Source of the DNA: Catajapyx aquilonaris
Lineage: Eukaryota
NCBI GenBank assembly: GCA_000934665.2
Contig: JYFJ02000695.1
Coordinates: 1-64,000, forward strand
DNA length: 64,000 nucleotides
Direction of reading: 5' to 3'
Shown here: piece by piece, positions 57,901 to 64,000 of the stretch
Numbering within the stretch: the first letter of the stretch is position 1
How the letters are laid out: each line of letters begins with the position of its first letter
Translations under genes and position numbers: made by a program
The notes under the pieces: generated by a model
What the model saw: only the letters and a program-made list of their open reading frames with translations
Databases searched by the model: none
What the model was told of the DNA's origin: nothing

Positions 57901-60900
57901 TTTAGAAAGTTATAAGCTGCTGTTATGTTTTGTTGGGAGTAAACAGTACAGGCTGCACCTGCATGGCCACTTTCAGTTTCAAATGGCCTACTTTTAATTG
58001 GTATGCGTGAGATTGGTGTTTATTTTTGTGGGCCATAGAATTACATCTTCATGTACGAGCCAAGCGTAAAGAGAGCGTGGGTTGTAAATTATTTATAATG
58101 GTCCACATGAATGGTTATGTAATTGTTTCGGCATAATCAGACACCTATTCCGCTATTTAAAAAAAAACAATCATAATTATAAGAATCGACAAATGTGGTC
58201 TAACTGTACACAAAGCATATCTAAGCACCTCTGAAAAAGAGGAGCCTCCCCGGCTATATGTGTCATTAATTCTGCGAAGTGCAAGTGCAATAAACGCCCA
58301 AGGATGATAAAGGTGTGGGCGTGTAAAATTTTCCCGGAAGATTCCCCGAACATCTTCCAAGCAGGCGACCGCCATCTTTCCTCCAGTGTTGAGCCACGTT
58401 CCGGGCATGATCCAGTTAATGAAATGGACTTCCGGTTATTTCTCGTGATGACCACGCTCAGATCTTATCCGGACCCGAGGAGGAGGGGTGGGCCTCAAAA
58501 GAAGGGCAGATGCATGCGTTATATCTGCAGGCGCATGTGGACATGAGAAGAGCTACTAAGGGGGGGAGGAATGGATGACTTCCGCTAATCGTATGTGTGG
58601 TGGAAGGTGTGTGGCGTTCCCACATGGTCAAAGATGTGAGGAGCATGAAGACACCTTTTACAGCCAGTTCCAAACTGGTGGGAAGAAAACGTCGTTGACA
58701 AAGAGAGGAAGTGGCCCATTGGAACGCCTTATCAAAAAAAAACGCCTTGAAAAGCTGCTACGCTCTTTTTGTGATGGTGTGTGATGTGGAGACCAATCTC
58801 TTCGGAAGTACAGATGACTGGAGCACACGTTTGTTTATTATAATGAGCGTTTGTATGCACCGTTGGTTCGCGCTTTTATTTATTAGGTTCAGTGCCCATG
58901 TAATTTGTGCACACTTTGAACAAACTACATCAATACAAAAATTAGGCAAATTCTGTGGAGGAATTCACAATTTGCGTTCATACAACCAAATAGTTACAAC
59001 ATTGTAATAAAAATCCAGGAACTCTGTGACGAAACTATGGCAGTGAAAAACTGTCCTTGGTATATCTGGAGGTCAGCAGCATCCCTACTCGATCCTCTCT
59101 GGAATCTTGATTCTTTCCGGTTATCCGGGGTGGAGTTTTCCTGTACTCTCTTCACGCGTGGGATGGATGAGAACTTGGACTAGGCGAGATTTCCCAAGGA
59201 TCCTTATCTATGCCGGTAGCTCCTTTTCGATGGGGACAACCCAACCAAAATGGTCGCGTCTAATGAACCACTCACTCGTCATTTGATGAGAAATGGCAAA
59301 CAATGACCGATTTTCTGATAACTGATAAGCGTTTTATATAGGGGCGGGGGAAATCCCATCTACCTACCTGACGTCGCAATTTCTCTGAAGCGTCAAAGTG
59401 GTTCATACCCATTTTTTATGCTGACCGTGGCACGCGCCATGGCAACGAAAGGTGTACACTTTTTTATACACATAGCTAGAAAGAGGTTGTAGACAAGAAA
59501 GCGAAGATGTAGCACCTGCTTCTAGCAGATGGTGGATTTTTCAGGTGGAAAACAAGCCGCCCAAGGGAGGCTGGTGCATTTTAGAATCTTCAGCTGCCAG
59601 TGTAGTTGTTGCTTCCTTGCAGAATATTATAGATCCATATACATACAGTGCGTAGAAAGACTCGTTTCGCAACCCTAGAACACCTGTCGGAAGGCGTCAG
59701 ATTGCATTTTCCACCTGTCCCATCAGTTGGAACAAAATTGGAACCAGTTTCATTTCCCCTAAAATTTTGGAGGGGGCCGGTATCGGATGCCAATAATCTC
59801 TCTACAGCAGGGGTTATAGTCGAAGGGCGCATAAATCTTGCATCCCTGTAGCTTAATGACTACTGAATATTTATCTGCACCCACAGAATCCAGTGGGAGG
59901 CGGGTGGGGGGTGCATTTTGGGGCCATCCATTGCGGATAACCACCACCTGGTTCACGATGAGAGCTTTCATTTTTAACATCAATCCTCCCTGCGATCGAT
60001 CCTTAGTCCCTGCTCTGCTTTTATTTCTTTCGGAGCTGAAAAGACTAGCAGAGGAAATGAAAGGGAAATGTGAATACCTAGCCTGTAATACACTACATCA
60101 CCATCGCCGTCACAGTCACGAGAAAAGTGTACAGTGCAGTGTACACCATGAGTCAGTCTTTTGGATGGTTGAGTGAGCTTGACAGATCGATATCATAAAA
60201 GTGCTTTCACTAATATTCTTTCCCATGATGAGTGCCTTATATAGGATGGGGAACTAGGGAGAAAACACTTAAAATTATTTTTACACTCAATATGTGAAAC
60301 GAGTTCCTTTGAATAAAGAGTGATGATAAAAGATTCGGAAGAGAGTTATCGTTTAACCTCCAATCTCATCAGGAATGAGTTGATTAATCTCATTATGTGT
60401 GAAGGGTCGACAGACTTCATCCAGAGCAGTAAAGGCCTTGTGCAAACATGCTTAAGTAATTTGCCGGCATTGGCAGAGAAGTATTGGGGGTGTGGCAGGA
60501 TGATGAGGGCACTCTTTGCACAAATCACGATCATCACGTCTCTATTTTTCCTTGTTAGTTTGTATTAATACCACACAAGCAATTTGCAATACCTATATAT
60601 TGGTACATTAAAATGTTTTTGTACCGGCAATGCTGCGTAAAATCCTCCTAAATAATTTGCCTCGATTGGATACGAAAATTAAAAAGCCTGGAATGCCACA
60701 AAAATACACCTTACAATTTAGTATGCATGCCTTTTCGATTAGGGTGTTATCCAGGCATCACACTAAAGCACGTCAGATACCGGTATCGAGTTGTGTTGGT
60801 GCGTAACGTGCAACCCATGTTGACGGCAATTAATGTGTCAGCAGAATACGAAATGTGTGTTTCAGGTGGTATAAGGTGGTTGACTAGTGTTGTATGAGGG

Positions 60901-62039
60901 TGGGGGGAAGGGGTGTCAGGCAGAAGTGAAGTCTTGAAATATTGGCAGACTTTGGGAGTGAGAGAATCACGAATGCCTGGAGTGATTACAAGACTCGAGT
61001 GATTTAAGGGCCTACTTCAATGACTTTATTACTGATGAACGCAAAGGAAATTTCCTACACTGATCTCGTGACGTGCTACCGGCTCGTTTGTAATCCGTAA
61101 CTCATTTCCTTTAAATAACTTATAAACGCGATTATTCTCCTTTGATTTATATCACTCTGGCCCAATCGCGAGAAACTTGTCCCTAATTTCGAAAACTAAG
61201 CGGATTCGCATTGAGAAAGTTTATGTTTGTTCACATGGCGGTTACAATTTCCGTACAGTTTATACGTACCGCATGCTATACCCAACACAGCCAAATTGAC
61301 TTTTTAACTCTCCCGCTTGTGATACATGGCCACGCAAGATATGTTTCCCCTCTTTCTGAAGCTGATAGCTGCGTGCCAAAAGATCCCTATCTGAGAGCAC
61401 CATCTCGCGTGCCGACGTCACCCGCTGAATAGGCCTATATGTGACATCAGGGCCTATGTGACAATAATCGATAGTTGGAATTCGGAAAAGCCGTTAAACC
61501 CCCTTATTTTTCCATATCCTCGCCATGGCAACATATAGAACACCCCCGGCCATTTTGATCTCATGTCTGGTAGTGTGTACCGCCGTTACCGCCCGTATAG
61601 ACTATTAGGCGTGATAGTTATGCACAGATCAATGTAACCTGCGTGGCTGTGGAATCATGGACGCCAAGGTGGAGCCATAGACCTAGCTACAAACCCCCCT
61701 CCCCCCCTCACGTATATATGCCCCCGCCTCCCTCTCTACCTGCCTCCCCTCTCCTCCTTCCCCCCAGCCAGCCAGCAGAACACCCCACCCCCATTCCCCC
61801 AAATCGAAAGTCCAGCCCGGATGCAGTGACTGCCATGCGTAAGGCCCACATCCAATATTGAAGCTGCGGCCATCTTGCTGCTATAGGACCTATGGCGCGG
61901 GACCTATCCCAGCAACAGCAGCCTAAAAGCCAAGGCCTGGGCCAATTCTTTGCCGCCGACTCTCTGGCCCAAAAGCAGCCAACCTGGCTCCCTCCCCCAC
62001 CTTCCTTCCCTCCCTTTCCACTGTAGATGCCCGAATCAA

Positions 62040-62315
62040 TATGCCCTGCCAGGGCAGGCCGGTGTAGCTTTGGCGTTGCCCGGGGCAACGGTAACACTCC
62101 AGGTATCACAATCCCATCTGCGGGGATCTCTGGAGCACCCCACCTCCCTCTTCCCTGCTCCCTCCCGCCCTCCAGCGCACCACACACACGCCGACGGAGC
62201 CAGGCAGTGTGGGCGGCGGCGACGGCGGCGGCGGAGGCGCCACACTGCCACCGGGGCTGAGGGGAGGGGCGGCGGGAAGGCGACGGAGAAGGAGGAGGGA
62301 GAAGAGACATCACAG
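62040..62315 (+). promoter_or_regulatory. Possible GC-rich promoter and non-coding first exon of a gene continuing beyond the window
   Basis: Local CpG/GC peak with (GGC)n run, ending at a strong donor CAG/GTAAGA (62315/62316); palindromic X-box-like site at 62075-62089. No downstream coding exon seen. Confidence 0.35.
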
Positions 62316-64000
62316 GTAAGATCCAATGACGCATTGCCGCCGCACTTATCTCGATTGACATCACAGTCACTGGTGCGGCTCCACTGCATCGTATGCTGCA
62401 GACTAATTTTGGGTCGTGGGTCGGATGCTTGACCCGATGTGGCCCTTCAGGGTCGATCACCTATCTCTGCTGCCCATACCTGCCAAACTATCGATTCATG
62501 TGCAAAAGGAGGCGATGCACGAATGTCGTGGCCCATCCAATCCCATGAGCCATTGGTGTGTTTCATAATGGAAGAGGGCATCATGCTTCAGTTTTAAAAT
62601 TGCAGGTTTCGACCCCCTTGATATCAGGTGGGCAGTGTCTATATTCACCGGCACCTCCATCAATCCGAGCTACCAGAGTAACCCATCAGCGGGTGGGCAA
62701 TTAGAATCGGTTGATAGCCGCACTAATTGTGACGCCCAATTGCAATCACGGTAATGGATACGTCGTTGCCGCGCGCCAGAAGTGATAACTCTGGATGGCC
62801 CAAGAGGGGACGACATATGGCCACAGATTGCAGCATCCCTTGGAGATTTTCTATCTGAAACCTAAAAGCTTTCTGGCTGTTGAGTGTGTGGCAATATGTT
62901 TTTATTTCTAGGGTATAGGCTCATTTGCGACGCTGAGGAGCCTCATTAATTATTAGTATATGGGATGTGAGTGGGTGGGTGTTTGAGGTAGGGAGGGGGC
63001 CAGCAGGTAGCAGAGAGGGGGGTGGGGTGGCAGAAAAGCAGTAGATGATAACAGGCATTACGATCGATTGTTCCTTAGCCCAAGACTGGCACGTTTTTGG
63101 TGGAGGTAAGGGGGGCTTTGGGCTTATACGTTCTCTTCGTTTCCATCGTTGATAAGCGCTTATTAATTAATTAACAGTATGCCCCGGCTTGTCGAGAAAC
63201 ATACAGTCCTGAGGAAAACAGCACGATTCAACGCCTTTTCTCCAATAATAGGCGGCATATGGCGACATTAGATTGATGTTTCTGTCCAACGCAATACAGT
63301 CCTCAGGGAGACACACATCAATAATATCCGCACATTTGCGCCTATAAGGTCTATAGACTGTACCTGCAGCATGATGTTAGAAAAGAGTAGCCAAGCCCCC
63401 GCCATCAGGGAAATGATCCTTTTTGCCTCTGCAGCATCGATCCAATGCAGGCAGGCAGAGCCAGGTTCGAAGAGATAAAACCTTTTGCCTCCCTAGAAGC
63501 TCGTACTATTGAAATAAGAATTGACAGTCGCACACCGCCATCTTGTGTCAACATACGGACGGACTATGATGAATGGATCCGGTTTTATAATGCAGTGCGA
63601 ATGGGTTGTAGCACGTGCACGTTCCATTCAAAACGAGAAAGGAAAGAGGGGGAAAAAAAACAACGATGGGATGATTGGCCTGAGGCAAGCACCGTTCATC
63701 CAACACGCCTTCTTTTCACTGACCTGGGTCACTTGTACAACTAGATGACTCTGTAACAGGAAGAAAGAAGGCCAGCGGGCCACTCTGGACAGGAGAAAGA
63801 AATTCGGGGTGGGGGGTGTCCCCTGTCTCATCACTTGTGTGGATTCGATTTCAAAAAGTTGAGAAATGGAGTAAAAAAAACACTTGCCATTCCGGGGAGG
63901 AAAAGTGAAACCGCCTCCTTCCCCCAGTACCAGAACCACTTCGTGACTACACAATCAGTGTACTGGTGACAATGCCATTTTTTTAAAGCTGAATATTTGT

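Noticed and set aside
42500..61500. Many 60-160 aa ORFs downstream of LONP2
   Set aside because: No recognisable protein motifs or consistent exon chain; treated as intergenic or intronic, though small exons could be missed.
61708..62460. 250-aa minus-strand ORF and overlapping plus ORFs
   Set aside because: Low-complexity Pro/Ala/Gly/Arg translation of GC-rich DNA with few stops; no recognisable domain.

Overview
Eukaryotic (arthropod, probably insect) genomic DNA with spliceosomal introns. The first 42.5 kb hold five complete multi-exon genes in alternating orientation: Pgi/GPI (+, 8 coding exons), GPAA1 (-, 8), par-6 (+, 5), METTL3 (-, 7) and the peroxisomal Lon protease LONP2 (+, 14, ending in SKL). 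GPAA1/par-6 and METTL3/LONP2 are head-to-head; Pgi/GPAA1 and par-6/METTL3 are tail-to-tail. The introns carry many small transposon insertions: a Tourist/PIF MITE, three mariner relics, a Kolobok-type TTAA element, a 1.7-kb foldback element with two different tRNA-derived SINEs nested in one arm, and a nearly perfect 424-bp palindrome whose arms look like LTRs and which has a 4-bp target duplication. The last ~21 kb contain no recognisable coding exon, apart from a possible GC-rich promoter/first exon near 62 kb. Best leads: the inverted-LTR/Ginger-like palindrome, an N-terminally extended Cys-rich PGI first exon, a candidate structured RNA between METTL3 and LONP2, and a probable GC-AG intron in LONP2. 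Gene models were read by eye from splice signals and remembered protein homology; no searches were run.
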